This document shows positions 25,637 through 38,671 of a stretch of 64,000 nucleotides of DNA, one piece after another; the stretch's first letter is position 1, and the number at the start of each line of letters is the position of its first letter. The stretch comes from Nymphaea colorata. Its lineage: Eukaryota. The stretch covers positions 15,686,001 through 15,750,000 of the forward strand of contig NC_045138.2 in the NCBI RefSeq assembly GCF_008831285.2. Direction: 5' to 3'. The notes below the pieces were generated by a model. The model saw only the letters and a list, made by a program, of their open reading frames with translations. It had not been told where the DNA came from and ran no database searches. A program made the translations under genes and the position numbers.

Positions 25637-28600
25637 ATGGCCCTGGAGAGGCAGGCGGGGGGACGGAGTACAGCTGGTGCAGGGCCGTCACCGGCGGCAC
25701 CGGCATCACCGTCATGGCGATCCTCCTCTCCCGCCCGCCGGAGCCCGCCAGGCTCGAGAACACGCTCCGCCGGATCCAATCGCGCCACCCGCTGCTCCTC
25801 GCCAGGCTCCAGTGGACCGACCGCAACCCGACCCTCTCCCTCTCCCCCACGCCCTATCTCTCCGTCGAGGTAATCGATTCCGGGGCGACCTCGGGCGTCC
25901 TTCAGAGCTCAGACGCCGGAGATCCCTTCCACGCCCTCCTGGAGCACGAGCTCAACAGGAACTCGTGGCCGGAGACTCGGATCGAGACCCCTGCCGCCCT
26001 TTTCTTCGCGACGGTCTACCAGCTGCCGGATTCCAGGGCGATGCTCGCCCTCCGGCTCCACACGGCAGTATGCGATCGGGTGTCGGCGGTGGCGATCCTG
26101 TGCGACCTCAGGCGGATGTACGGCCAGGAGGCTGCGGCCAGCGAGACGGCGGGCGGGGGAGAGGAGAAAAATGGGAATGAGGAGGCGGGAGAGGTGCCGG
26201 GGGCGATCGAGGAGATGGTGCCTCAGGAGAAGGCGAGGAAGCCGTTCTGGGCGCACGGGGTGGACCTGCTGGGCTACTCCCTCGGCTCCATGAGGTTCAG
26301 CAACCTCGACTTCCATGACACGACGTCTGCTCGGGCGACTCGGATGGTTCGCTTGCAGATGGACCGGGACGACACGCATAGGCTTCTAGAGGTACCGAAG
26401 TACTAGCAAAGTTACTTACGTCTTTTCCCTTTGTCTCTTTTTGAACGTGAACAACTTGAACTTGGCTCTGATCCGTATCGAGGGCTGATGCTCGTCGGCG
26501 TATTTCTTTTCTTGATTCAAAAATAAGATAAAAATGATTCACAATAACTCGGAAACAAGAAAACCTCTAGAAGAAAATCCATACCAACTGATGACTTTTT
26601 GCGAGAAAAACGCAATGCCTGTCGATCGCTTCGCTACGAGATGAGATACTGACAAAACTCGTCGCAATTCACGAGTCAAGCTCAGCCTGTACTCTTTAAT
26701 TTGGTGGCCGGGATTCATCTCCGGTTGAAGGAAAAAACAAAAAATAAAAATTGAGCTGAACTGCTTTGAGCTACTTGGCGTAATTTACCGAGCTAAATTT
26801 TGCCGAATTCTTTTCTTTTCCTCCTCAAGCTTTGGTGTGGCTTGTGCGATTTCACATGGTTCGTTGTTACTGGGTAGGCATGCAGGGAGAGAGGTGTCAA
26901 GCTGGGTATCGCGCTGGCAGCGGCGGCATTGAAGGCGGCGAACAACTCCAAGGAGGAGGGGAGCAGGCCTCAAAGTGAGAACTATGCTGTCGTCACCATC
27001 GTCGACTGCCGACCGATTCTGGCGCCTCCCCTCCAAGCTGATGACACAGGTACTCCTTTTCTGAAATTCTATAGGAAAATGGCATTTTGATCATTGAACA
27101 ATGCTTAGTATCGGCACTGGAGGGTCAAGAAAAATACATACAGAATTGGTGGGCCTTATTGGTCGTATAGAATTCGCTCCAGTAACCTTGATTTTTGGAA
27201 GTCATGATTGGAATAGATAATTAAACTTGATGGAAATAGCATTTATGTAGAGAGTGCCCCACTTGTTCTAAAGACTGTCACAGAAGAAGCAGTGCGTCTC
27301 GATTGTTCGAAATAACCCAAGTAAAACGTTGAGACATTAGACAATAATCTTTCAAATTATCCAACGTAGATGCACCCCAATTGAACCCTTCCCGTATTTC
27401 ACCAAAGAACTGCCAAACCCCCTTGGTCCCCTGTGTTCAACCTTTGCATCTTCTTCATCTTGATAGGCCTCAAATTCAACTATCTAGATGGGCAAATTTC
27501 TGGTTGGCTTTCTGCTATGCAAAATTGTACTTGTATCTTCTGCCAAGAACATTTCATTTGAGAGGCTATTTGACATGAATAGGCTCTTGTAGTTTACATG
27601 GGGCGGACCAATTTGTTATAGCCTTCCATGGGGATCGATTTGTGAAGAGACGTTGGAGTCGGCTTAAAGCCTAGCTGAAATGGACCCACTTCTGTTCGTG
27701 GGTACATGTTCATTTATCATCCCTCAAAAGGCTGACCGCCAGCCGATTAAGAGTCAAGAGTTGGCCCTTTGTTGGGAGAACTTTGTCTACTTGGCCCGGT
27801 GATTCATGACTAGGCTAGGTTCAGGTTTTTGTTCAACTCCTGCCCAGCCTAGAGTCTGTCTGGTTAAGTTGCAACCAGGCCAAAATAATCTACCGTCGAC
27901 TGCTTGCAACTATGGATGTAGTAAGGTAAACTATGGTCTTAGGCTTATGCGTTTTCTGGTTGGGCCCTTGACACGAGAATGACTAAAGGTAGGCTCACTT
28001 CTTTAAATGCAACGTTCAGTTTTCATGTGAAGATTATGACACACCAAGCTTTTATCATGAGGAAAGCATAACTTACCTAAAGGAATTGTTAGAGTGGGGC
28101 AGGCGATGTGCGTGGGCAGGCGATGTGCGTGGGCAGTTGAAGTTTGATTTTTCTATGGGAATCAGTCCTTGCGCAAACCAATACTGTGTATGCCTCCCGG
28201 GTCGAGGAGGCCCTTTGAGGTTTTACTACTGTCTCTATGAGGATTTAGAACAAGGTTTTCACCATTGAATTTTGAAAGCACTTCTCGGGACTTGCCAGTC
28301 CAATTCAGGTCATTGCGAGAGGGGAGGAACCCACCTCCCTTGCTTTTCGGTGCAAGTTGAGTTGAGGTAAACAAGGATGGATTCAGTGATTGATATCGAA
28401 AACTTAAAACTGAGGGTCTGCACGGGCGACACTAAGCTTGGCATAGCTATGGTACTGAGGTTAATGTTAGGCCTTCCTTGAATTTTATGCCTTCCTCCGA
28501 TCCAGGAATTAGGATACTGTTGAATTGCTTACCAATTGTTTCATTCTATATATGTTATAATTTCAACCTTGACCAAATAAATAGTTGTGTGCTACAGCAT

Positions 28601-29487
28601 ATGCTGTATAAATGATTGTTTTCCAGAATTTAATTATCAAAGTTGTCTTCTATAGGTGAACTTTAATGAAACTAGAACATAGAGATAGACTCCTGGATGG
28701 CCTATCCTGGATATGAATGCAGTGTTACAAGGAGAAAAGAAATTCAATGGTTAGAGCTTCCTTAAATGCCATAGGTTACAAAATCTTATCTGGTCAACCA
28801 AGAGTCCATTGAAAAGGTTTGAGCCACAAATGTCAGATATATGTGGCTCGGATTTCCAAAAGGTAACATCAGAAACTAATTTCTGCAGTACAACTGAAAA
28901 TCTGTGTAACTGTATTTTACCTTATCTGAATTTGAAAAATTTTGACTCGTGAGGTGGATCTGGATGGAGTTCCCAGCCGTTTGCAAGGCCCTATACCAAC
29001 TAACGTCTAAACTTGATTGCCTGTGCTTGTAGGTTTCTATCACTCAGCAATCTTAAACACACAGAGTGTGAACAGCCAGGAGGATGTGTGGGAGACGGCA
29101 AAGAGATACTTCGACTCCCTCTCAAACGCAATGAGGTGCAACAAGCATTTCACTGACATGGGAGACCTCAACTTCCTTATGTGCAAGGCCATTGACTACC
29201 CTCCTGCGACTCCCTACTCTTCCATGAGGACCTCATTCATTGGTATCTTCGAATCGCCAATAATTGATGACGATGACAGTGTCAATGAATCATGTTCGGA
29301 AATAGGTCTGGAGGACTATGTCGGCTGCTCATCGGTTCACGGCGTTGGTCCGTCCATTGCATTCTTCGACACCATCAAAGGTGGCAGGCTGGATTGTGCA
29401 TGTCTTTATCCTTGGCCTCTTCATTCTAGGGAGCAAATGGAGCAGCTGGTTGCGAACATGAAGACCCTTCTCATAGCCAGTGCTTGA
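25637..29487 (+). CDS. At3g52610-like protein, copy 2 (apparent 1-nt frameshift near start; pseudogene or assembly error)
   Basis: Exons 25637-26391, 26878-27049 and 29033-29487 are paralogous to copy 1 with identical intron positions. The ATG at 25637 (AAAATGGC context) is out of frame with GGTEYSWC because of the G6 run at 25657-25662. Confidence 0.75.
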
Positions 29488-30259
29488 AGGATGATGGGGC
29501 GAGCGCTGGTGGTTACTCAAGCAAGGGTCAGTGGAATTATTGTGAGATTAGAGGAGTCTAAATACGACCATAAAGTATGGTAGTGAATATTGGGTGCCAA
29601 ATAAGCTTATTATGTGACATGACAAGTATATTTCATCATACAAAAAGCAGAAGCCCCTAGCTTTCCCTTATTCTCCCAAGTACAAGCAATTCTGGTAGAG
29701 TTCTTGATTTCCTTCAACTTGAAAAATCTATAGTGTAATCATCTAACCATGCACTTGAAAAAACTCTCTCTCTCTCTGTGTGTGCTCGCGGCAAGAGATA
29801 GGCCCTGTATATCGAGTCATGACTATTCTTCGACTTGAAAATCGTAACTCTACATCATCAGCTCGGCTAATTCGACTTAATTTCGGATTTTTGGAACAAC
29901 CATAATTGAAAGCAGAAGAAAAATTAAATATACACCGACATAAACGCCTGAGGAGAATGTCATGACATCATCTCCATTTATGAACCTCAAAGTCACAACT
30001 TAAACTAAAACAGAGTTTTGTCGTAGCTCCATATAAACCACAATGAGAAAAGAAGCTATCTAAAGCATCCAAAAACGCTTTATAGAACAGAGCCTATAGA
30101 AATACAACACTTGAGCAGGCTCAAGAGTTATACGCCATTAGAGAAATCAGAGGTAGAAAAGTGGGCGGCCGTAGCTACCAGGTGCACCAATATATAGTGG
30201 GGCATTTGCAACCAAGCTTCTCGTCTTTACCTCTGTTCCCTTCACAGCACGAGCAGGCG

Positions 30260-30991
30260 ATGGCGTCCCCAGCAGAAGCAAGGGAGGATAGGGAGGAGGA
30301 AGCGCTGGAGCAGTTCTACGAGCGGTGGCTGCTCAACCAGGAGCGGTTCATGGAGCAACTCCAGTCTTTCACCAACACCAGCGTCCAGGAGAAGGTGGTG
30401 CAGCCCCTCGTTGCCATGGTCCTAGACCACCACCGTCAGCTCTTTCGTGCAAGGCGGTCGGCGGCGAGACTCAACATCACCGCCGTCCTCTCCCCACCAT
30501 GGCTCACCCCCTTCGAGAAGTCCATAACGTGGATCGGCGGGTGGCGCCCTCGCACGCTGCTCCGGATCGCCGCCACCGCTCTGGCCGCGACCCTTCGGGA
30601 CGATCAGCGCCGCCGGATGGAGCGGCTGCGGGCCGAAGCGGTCGAGCAGGAGGATGGGCTGTCGAGGCAGATGCAGAGTTTCCAGGACGCCGTGGTGAAC
30701 CGCCGGGTGGTGGAGCTCGCCCGGCGGCAGGGGCAGCTGCGGAACGGCGAGCTGGACCGGGCGAGCGCCTGCCTGGACCTGGTGCTGGAATGGGAGAGCG
30801 CCGCGCTGGAGCTGGTCCTGGCCTGGGCGGACAGCCTTCGGCTCGCGACGCTGAGGAACGTGGTGAAGTTGCTGAGCCCCATCCAGTCGGCGTCGTTCTT
30901 GGCCGCCACCGCTCTGTGGCATCTTCAGGTGAGAAGGTGGGGGAAGCTGCAGCAGCAGAGGAGTGTCCATGGAGGAAGCAGTGCACAATGA
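30260..30991 (+). CDS. DOG1-domain protein (DOG1-like 4 type)
   Basis: Intronless and GC-rich. Motifs FYERW, PPWLTPFEKSITWIGGWRP, NRRVVELAR, ADSLRLATL...LSPIQ...FLAA and QVRRWG match the DOG1 domain, and there is no bZIP. The ATG is at 30260 with a TATA-like element at ~30190. Confidence 0.85.
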   Translation: MASPAEAREDREEEALEQFYERWLLNQERFMEQLQSFTNTSVQEKVVQPLVAMVLDHHRQLFRARRSAARLNITAVLSPPWLTPFEKSITWIGGWRPRTLLRIAATALAATLRDDQRRRMERLRAEAVEQEDGLSRQMQSFQDAVVNRRVVELARRQGQLRNGELDRASACLDLVLEWESAALELVLAWADSLRLATLRNVVKLLSPIQSASFLAATALWHLQVRRWGKLQQQRSVHGGSSAQ

Positions 30992-33900
30992 GCTTCTTCC
31001 ACGCTTCCCCGTACTCTTTTCTGATCCGCACCATCAAAGAGGCCCATACAATATAGTTTAGGTGTCTTTCACTCTTTTTCTGAGCACCATCCTCAACCAT
31101 GTGCTTCCATAGTTTTGGTGTTTGTAGTTACAGACTCTGCTCTAGCCATGGCTCTCTTTTCTGTGTTTAATTACTCCCTGTATACATCTCCTATCTTAGT
31201 AGTGGTACCTTTCTAGAGCGGACGCTTGTTGTTTCATAGAAATGATCGTAATACAATTACCCCATGGTTAAATCACCGATGTTTGATGTAATATATATTA
31301 AAAAAAACTTCAAGATATGAAACAAGAAAACAAGTTTCACCCTGAAAGTGTGTCTCTCTGAATATATCCATAGGAGAGATCATGGTGGGAATCATCAATA
31401 TTTGCATTTCGATTAACAACAGATCGACAACTATGACCGATGACCTCTTCCTTTCCAGAGTTGTTTTTTTTGGGGTTGTTTCAGGATATGGTTAGAGGCT
31501 CAAATGAAAGCTAGGGTGATGGAACTGAACAGTTACAGAAAGAGTCGCTGCATGCCTGGCTCTTTGCTTTTTTATTAGAAGCCATTTGAATCATCATGCT
31601 TATCTTTATAATTTCTTCGGTATACGTGGTGGTGCACGGGCGCATGCATGGACGAGGGTGCTCACCTGGCACGCTCAGCAAATGCCAGAAGTCTCCAGGC
31701 TGCCTGACAGAAACAAAGTCTGCCGGAACACAGACGCGAGCACTGAAAGGGTGAGGTGATCAACGGAAGTGAAGGGTGATCTCTCTCTCTCTCTCTCTCT
31801 CTTCTTTCCTAATGTTTACTCAAAACCACCACCGACAGCCCTCATCTTTACGGCCTCCAGGGTTTTAGCCTGTTTTGCTTCGAGGTTTGGAGGGTTTTAG
31901 CTTGTTTTGTTTTGAATTTCGGATGAACTTATGATCTATCATTTAACATGGGTATTGGGTTTGTCCATTATTTAGAGCATGACAGCGATTACAAGATTCA
32001 ATCTTCGAATCTAAATCACCTTACCACTTAGTTGTAGTTGTGCCTCCTATGAGGTCATTTGCCCAGTAAGAAAACGTTTGATCAGATTCATGTATTGTTT
32101 TGTACTCCCCCTTCTTTTCTTGGTTAAATTGTAGAGGACAAATAATGGTGTACTAATATAGGCGTCAGCTTCATCATAATGGCGGAAGTGAGATCGAGTT
32201 ATGTGCGTGTGTTTTTTTTTAAGGTAATTAAAATACATTTAAACTAGTTTTAGAATCAATAATAGATGAACATCAGGCTTGTGAAGCTTTCGTGCGTCGA
32301 CTAAAATGCATGCCTTCATTTAAATAAAAAGAAACCTTTTTGTAAGGATAGAAAAAGAAGTCGAAAAAATGAAAAGACTTAAAATGATACTTTTCTTCAA
32401 TAATTACAAAAACGTTCCTTTCTGTCTTTTGGTGTACGTATGTTGCGTGTACCGAGCGATGCACGCAAGCCAGTCTTTGCATGGGTATTTTAGTCTTTTA
32501 ACAAGGATTTATTTAATTCTACAAAGAAGGTCTTTGGTTCCTTAGGAAGAGTATTTTTGTCATTTATGGGCCCTCATTAAGCCTAGGCACCACCGATTTC
32601 GGGCCGGTCTGATATTGTATTGGGTCGGCTTGATTAAATTTTTATATTTTTATTTAATAATAATATTTATCTTATTATTAAAGTATATTTTATATTCAAA
32701 ATTTTTTATTTATATTTAAAATAATTATTCTATTTATTGTAATCGGGCCGAGCCAAATTGGACCTGGGCTCGGGTTGGCCCAGGCCCCACTGTCATTGCA
32801 TTTCAATCTAAATCCAAATCGAAATATATGAACATCAAACAAAGCAGACTAATCTAAATCCAAATCCAAATATACAAACAGATATGGTTAAGTCATATAC
32901 CGACATCGTTAAAAAGCCATGCGCTTGACACTTGGTAGGCCCCAACCATCAGATATGAAAACAAGGTTGAAAATATTGATATGGGCACCATATTTTGTTT
33001 TTTCATCCCATACCTATTACTATGTGTCACTAATTTTTTCTTTTAACTTTTCAAATTTGAAAAAAAATTTAAACAGTTCTAAATTGATCTTCAAAAATTT
33101 AAAAAAAAAAATGTAAACCTGTATCAATCCTGAACAGTAACTTCACCCACTGAGCTTGTGCTTGCTTCAGCATTACCTTACATTTAACCTTTCGTGCTTG
33201 ACACCATTCCCATTCTCCTATTATCGCCTGCAGAATTTTGTTAAATGCAAATTGTGATCGGCTTCTTGGTAGTCTTCTTTGATTCATGCTTCTGTACTTG
33301 TCTAAATTAATCACGTACCTTTCGTAAGTTAGCAGTACGCTATGGAACTCTCACTGCGGTACTGCATCAGGGTGGCAGTACACGTCAATGGCTTCTATTG
33401 ATTGGAGTAATTTTCTTTCTTGCTGATCACTTTATGAAGCAGATTTGACGTCATATTCTTCAATTGTTTAATTCCATGATGTATACACTACAACAAGATG
33501 ATGACAACTGCTGTTCATTTAATGGAAAAAAAAAAGTTGTGCAGGATTCAAGTTTAAGCTTTCAGCAGCAGAGTTGGCAGGCATTGCATAATGTGGTAAT
33601 AATCCATCTATGAAAACCTTGCTACTTGGAAAAATATGTGGATTGAAAATTTTGTCTTTGTTGCCTCAAAGTAGTGGGTTGTTAACCTTATGTTCATCTG
33701 AAAAATTTTATTTGTTTCTCTACCTGATTGCAGAAAAATTGCATGTTTAATCATCAAGAGAACAATAAAACCTTTTTAGTCTACAATTAATTCCTACATA
33801 CATTTTTAAGTGTGTTCACAAAATCTCGTGAGACACCACCCCTAGGAGGTATAGTCATGAAATGTTCTTATATTAATCACATCACACTCTAATTACATTT

Positions 33901-34733
33901 CTACGAGTGATGAAATTTTAGTGGAGAAACAAAAATTTGAGACTCGATCTTGTGTTTGATTTGATCGACTGATCTATTTTTAGACAAAGCATCTTGAGTC
34001 ACTCCATCCACTCATTCAATTACACTCTAAGATACCTCGCGAAATATGGAAACGTATGAAAAAAGGAGAAGTAACCAAAAGTTTCATATTGAGTAACAAG
34101 AACAAAAACATTCATATGTACAATTAGGTTCCACCAAAGCCTATAAACATATACAAGTTAAATATGGAACATACAACTCGCTTACTGAAAAAACAAGTTG
34201 GCAGATGCGATCTACAGCTTGGTGTAAAAATCTGGTTTTTTTCAGACATGTAAGATTAGTTCTCCATCCACGGCTTAATCCCGAACATGCTGCTATATGG
34301 GGATTACATATTTACCACCAGCCAATTTGAATGTCATGATCCATCATGGTGTTGTTGCATTTAGAATTGGTTTTGGTTGCCCTGTAATTGCCTTTTTAAT
34401 TGCTGTGCTTACCTGTTGATCGTTTGGCACTCAACCTGGATGAAGTATGTCGCTGCAACAAGTTGATTTCTTGGAACCATAATCAAGAAACAATATTTCA
34501 ATGCCCACGCAATCTTGCTGATGCCAATAATATAATTTTAACTCGTGAGAGAGAGAGAAAGAGACAGAGACACAGAGAGGTGGCGTGTAGTTGCCTAGTT
34601 GGCCCTTTTTTATATCAAATAGTTGTACAGAAGGGTTAAAAAATCGTACTGACTTGGCTAGAAAAAAATTGTATTATATGGGCATGATCACTGCCTTATA
34701 TAACTCCTTTCTTTCTCTTGTCTTCTCCCACAA

Positions 34734-37031
34734 ATGCCCACCACCATGAGAATACCAATGGCTAGCCTTGCTTTCTTTATGGTCATGGAAACTTTGCTGG
34801 TTTCTGTGGTCCATTCTGTATCAATATCATCCGGAACAGATGCGTACATCGTTCACATGGATGCTGCGGCCATGCCCAAGGTCTTCACAGGAACTCATCA
34901 TTGGCACGAAGCCATTCTTGCTTCGGAAAGCTTGGTAGAGCCTCAGATGGCCTCCGCCGGATCTAGGCTTCTCTACTCTTACAATCAAGTAGTGAACGGC
35001 TTCAGTGCATCTCTTTCTAAAGCTCAACTGGAACAGATAAGGAAGTCCCCTGGTTTTCTATCAGCTTACCAAGATAAGGTGCTCACCATTGACACCACAC
35101 ACACATTTGAATTCCTTGGCCTGAATGCAGAATCGGGCATGTGGCCGAATTCTGACTACGGTGAAGGTATCATAATTGGAGTTATAGACACTGGTATCTG
35201 GCCAGAGAGCAGGAGCTTTGGTGATGATGGCATGAGCGATGTACCAACAAGGTGGAAGGGTGAATGCCAGGACAATCCTGACTTTTCTGCTTCAATGTGT
35301 AACAGGAAGCTGATCGGTGCCCGGTTCTTCAACAGAGGCCTGCTAGCTCAATATCCTAGCCTCTCTGATACAATTATAAATTCAACCAGAGATTATGATG
35401 GACATGGGACTCACACTTCATCAATTGCAGCAGGAAATTGTGTAATGAATGCTTCTTACTTTGGATACGCGAGCGGTAGGGCATGTGGAGTAGCCCCTCG
35501 TGCTAGATTGGCAGCCTACAAGGTCTTCTGGGATGGCATAGGCTTCTCCTCGGATCTGCTTGCAGCATTCGATCAAGCAATTTCTGATGGAGTTGACATA
35601 ATTTCTGTATCTATGAGCCTTCGATCTGCTTCCCTCTATGAAGACCCAATTGCTATAGCATCCTTTACAGCAATGGAGAAAGGTATATTTGTCTCAGCCT
35701 CTGCTGGAAATCAGGGACCTATGTCAAAATCAGTTAGAAATGTAGCACCTTGGCTACTAACAGTAGGAGCGACCAACATTGACAGGAAATTTTTGGCAAC
35801 TGCAATTCTAGGCAATGGAGTTGAGGTTTTAGCGGAGTCTCTATATTTTGGAAATGCATCTCTCAACTCATTGCCACTGCATCATTCCAGTGACTCTGAG
35901 GCCTGCAACAGTGTTGAAGTGCTCAACAACATAGGTTACAAGGTTGTTATATGCAAATGTCTCAGTGAAGCCATAAACACTCAGCTGTTTGTGATTTCGA
36001 ATTCTAAAGTGGCGGGAGCCCTGTTCCTCACCAGCTACCCTGTTCAGCTACTGACAAATAGGTATGTGACTCCGGCAGCAATATTGAACCCAAACGATTC
36101 TTCTCTTGTTCATGACTATGTTAGCAGTAGCGACAGTCCAATTGTGAGCCTGCGTTTTGGTAAGACTGTCACAGGTACCAAGCCAGCGCCTTCTGTAGCC
36201 TCCTACAGCTCAAGGGGGCCATCACCAACTACACCAATGATCTTGAAGCCCGACCTTGTCGCGCCGGGAACTCTTGTGCTGGCCTCATGGCCGATGAACT
36301 CATCAGTGGTTACAGTCCATGAACAGCCTCTCTTCAGTGAGTTTAATCTGATGTCTGGCACCTCAATGGCATGTCCTCATGCATCAGGGGTAGCTGCACT
36401 ACTCAAGGCCACTCACCCTGATTGGAGTGGCGCTGCAATTCGATCTGCCATGATGACTACTGCTGATGTTCTAGACAACACAGAGAGCCCAATTGCAAGC
36501 ATAATTAGAGATGCCCAACCGGCAACACCATTAGATATGGGCTCAGGTCAGCTCAGCCCCAATAAGGCCATGGACCCTGGCTTGGTTTATGACATCAGTC
36601 CCCAAGACTATGTCAAATTCCTCTGTGGTTTGAATTACACCAAGGAACAGATGCAAACCATCACAGGAAAGTCCTTGAACAATGACACTTGCTCAGAAGC
36701 AAATCTGGATTTGAATTATCCTTCCTTCATTGCTACCTTCAAGTTCTCAGAGCCTAGTCACATGAAAAAATTTAGCAGGACTCTAACCAATGTCGGAGAT
36801 GGGAATGCTACTTATACAGCAAAATTGACTTCTTTGGATGGATTTAAGGTTACTGTAATTCCACAAACGCTTGTATTTAAAGAGAAGAAGAGCAAGGCCT
36901 CTTTCACTTTGTCAATAGAGGTCAGAAACCCAAAATTCTCAATGGGCTTGGCAGTAAGTTCATTGAGTTGGGTTGATGACAGAGGAAAATACAAGGTTAC
37001 AAATCCTATAGTGGTTATGCTGCTCGCTTAA
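34734..37031 (+). CDS. Subtilisin-like serine protease, SBT1.9/phytaspase clade (SBT-A)
   Basis: Intronless 765 aa with signal peptide, I9 prodomain, TTHT junction, the triad IGVIDTG / HGTHT / SGTSMACPH, a PA domain and an FnIII C-terminus. TATA at ~34697. Confidence 0.95.
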   Translation: MPTTMRIPMASLAFFMVMETLLVSVVHSVSISSGTDAYIVHMDAAAMPKVFTGTHHWHEAILASESLVEPQMASAGSRLLYSYNQVVNGFSASLSKAQLEQIRKSPGFLSAYQDKVLTIDTTHTFEFLGLNAESGMWPNSDYGEGIIIGVIDTGIWPESRSFGDDGMSDVPTRWKGECQDNPDFSASMCNRKLIGARFFNRGLLAQYPSLSDTIINSTRDYDGHGTHTSSIAAGNCVMNASYFGYASGRACGVAPRARLAAYKVFWDGIGFSSDLLAAFDQAISDGVDIISVSMSLRSASLYEDPIAIASFTAMEKGIFVSASAGNQGPMSKSVRNVAPWLLTVGATNIDRKFLATAILGNGVEVLAESLYFGNASLNSLPLHHSSDSEACNSVEVLNNIGYKVVICKCLSEAINTQLFVISNSKVAGALFLTSYPVQLLTNRYVTPAAILNPNDSSLVHDYVSSSDSPIVSLRFGKTVTGTKPAPSVASYSSRGPSPTTPMILKPDLVAPGTLVLASWPMNSSVVTVHEQPLFSEFNLMSGTSMACPHASGVAALLKATHPDWSGAAIRSAMMTTADVLDNTESPIASIIRDAQPATPLDMGSGQLSPNKAMDPGLVYDISPQDYVKFLCGLNYTKEQMQTITGKSLNNDTCSEANLDLNYPSFIATFKFSEPSHMKKFSRTLTNVGDGNATYTAKLTSLDGFKVTVIPQTLVFKEKKSKASFTLSIEVRNPKFSMGLAVSSLSWVDDRGKYKVTNPIVVMLLA

Positions 37032-38671
37032 AAAAATGCTGCTCATTTATGCTAGATATTCATTTTCTTGATCAAAGTGGGGAGCTCCTGATGGTGGTTG
37101 GCAAGAAAATTTAGGCCTTCATCCACTAAAAGGCATTCGTTCAAGGAATAAGTTTCAGTTGATTGTGCTTCATTCACAATTCACACACAAGAACAGAAAA
37201 GGCTGCTTCTGCACCCAGCAATTTCACAAAATAGCTTTTAATAATTCTTCCTTTTCTTCATTTTTTCCAGCCAAAAGAATGGTGTTGAGATTAAGAGGAT
37301 TCAGATTCGTTTTACCTTTATTTTGTCATTGTAAGTGTATCCATTTAAAGTATTTTTTGTTGAGTCAAGAAAAAATTGTGCATTGATCCTGTAAATGTTA
37401 ACGATAAATAGAAGGATACCCATGTATATTCTTTCAATGAAAGATTTCATAAAAGAGTCCCATTTAGAGATTAATCGGGCACTTCTTCTCTCATATCGAT
37501 CTGTGTGAAGAACCCAATCACTGTCTGAAGGCCTTCTGGTTAAAAGGAGTTAAAGAGTTTCATACCCGAATGGCATCTCTCAGTACATTTCTGCCTAACC
37601 TCAACTTGCAATGATAAAGAAAAAAACTGGTGTTGGGCTACTTAGTCCAGCTATTGTATATTCTGCCATTATGTACAAAACATCTGTCAACATGGCGAGT
37701 GCGAGCTCCGTCCATGTGGTGGGAGGTTGGTCCTAAGATGTTTATGTCAAAGTAGGTCAATAATTCAATATTATACAGGATGGCATAAACTGATAGGAGT
37801 CTGCCTGACCTGAACTCACAGCCAAAACAGAACAGGATGTAAAGGGGAAAGGAGAAGAAATGGACAATCCAACAACTGTTAGGTATGACAGCTCCTAGTG
37901 GCAAATGGAATTGCATCAGGATAAGGTGGTCCCTTGTTTTAGACTCATTCCAATTATGTGCTGCTCGGCCAACTTGAGACATGTTCCGTGATGATTCATG
38001 AATGCAAGGAGGACACTAAACATGTGATCGAGTCACGTGTCCAAACACAGGTTTGACTCATTCCTTTGAGGGATCATGGCCGGACATGATGGCACAACAC
38101 TTTTTCAATTTCATAAGATATTTAGAAATATGAAGATATTGAAGTGCTTAGTTTATGGGCGACCACAAATCGGTGTGTCTACACGTGTTTGACACAAAGC
38201 GGGAATTGGTGGGCAATCTCTTCAAATTTTTGAAAGGTTCAAGGAAGCGGGAAACAAGTAGGAAGCGACATTGGAGAACTGTTAATTGGAAAGTGATATG
38301 TTGGATCATGTACAATAATAATGAATTGAAGTAAATAAGTATAAAAATAGCTCTATCATGTAGGAAATGGTGTCCAATAAGCAGAATTTATAGTACTTTT
38401 TTGTTGAAATATTTGCTGTATTTAACGACTTAAGTACGACGGTTGGCAATTTTGACAGAAAGGTACAATAAGAAAATTTCAACCGCAGGGCAACAATGAG
38501 AAAGCTTCCTTTGCAATAAAAACTTGGTAGCAATCAACTTCGACGTTTACATAGTTTCAGATCAGCAGGTGAATAAACAGAAGCAATCATACAAATACAA
38601 TCAGCTTTAAGCTGAGCTCGTGAAATCTTTTTGAGGATGAGTTTTTTTCCATCCTCGTTGATCACTTATGG

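Noticed and set aside
28162..28374. Intronic ORF with LLDPGGIHS, faintly like a retrotransposon protease motif
   Set aside because: The similarity is too weak and there are no other gag/pol motifs or LTRs.
30260..30991. Possible INP1, RAS1 or TGA identity for the DOG1-domain gene
   Set aside because: There is no bZIP, and the motifs (RVVELAR, QVRRWG) fit DOG1-like 4 better as I recall it. No gene symbol assigned.
30325..31100. Long overlapping ORFs (243, 198 and 188 aa) on the DOG1-like gene
   Set aside because: Low-complexity shadow frames of a GC-rich exon.
31700..31745. TGACAGAA... sequence reminiscent of miR156
   Set aside because: It diverges after 8 nt and no complementary hairpin arm is visible.
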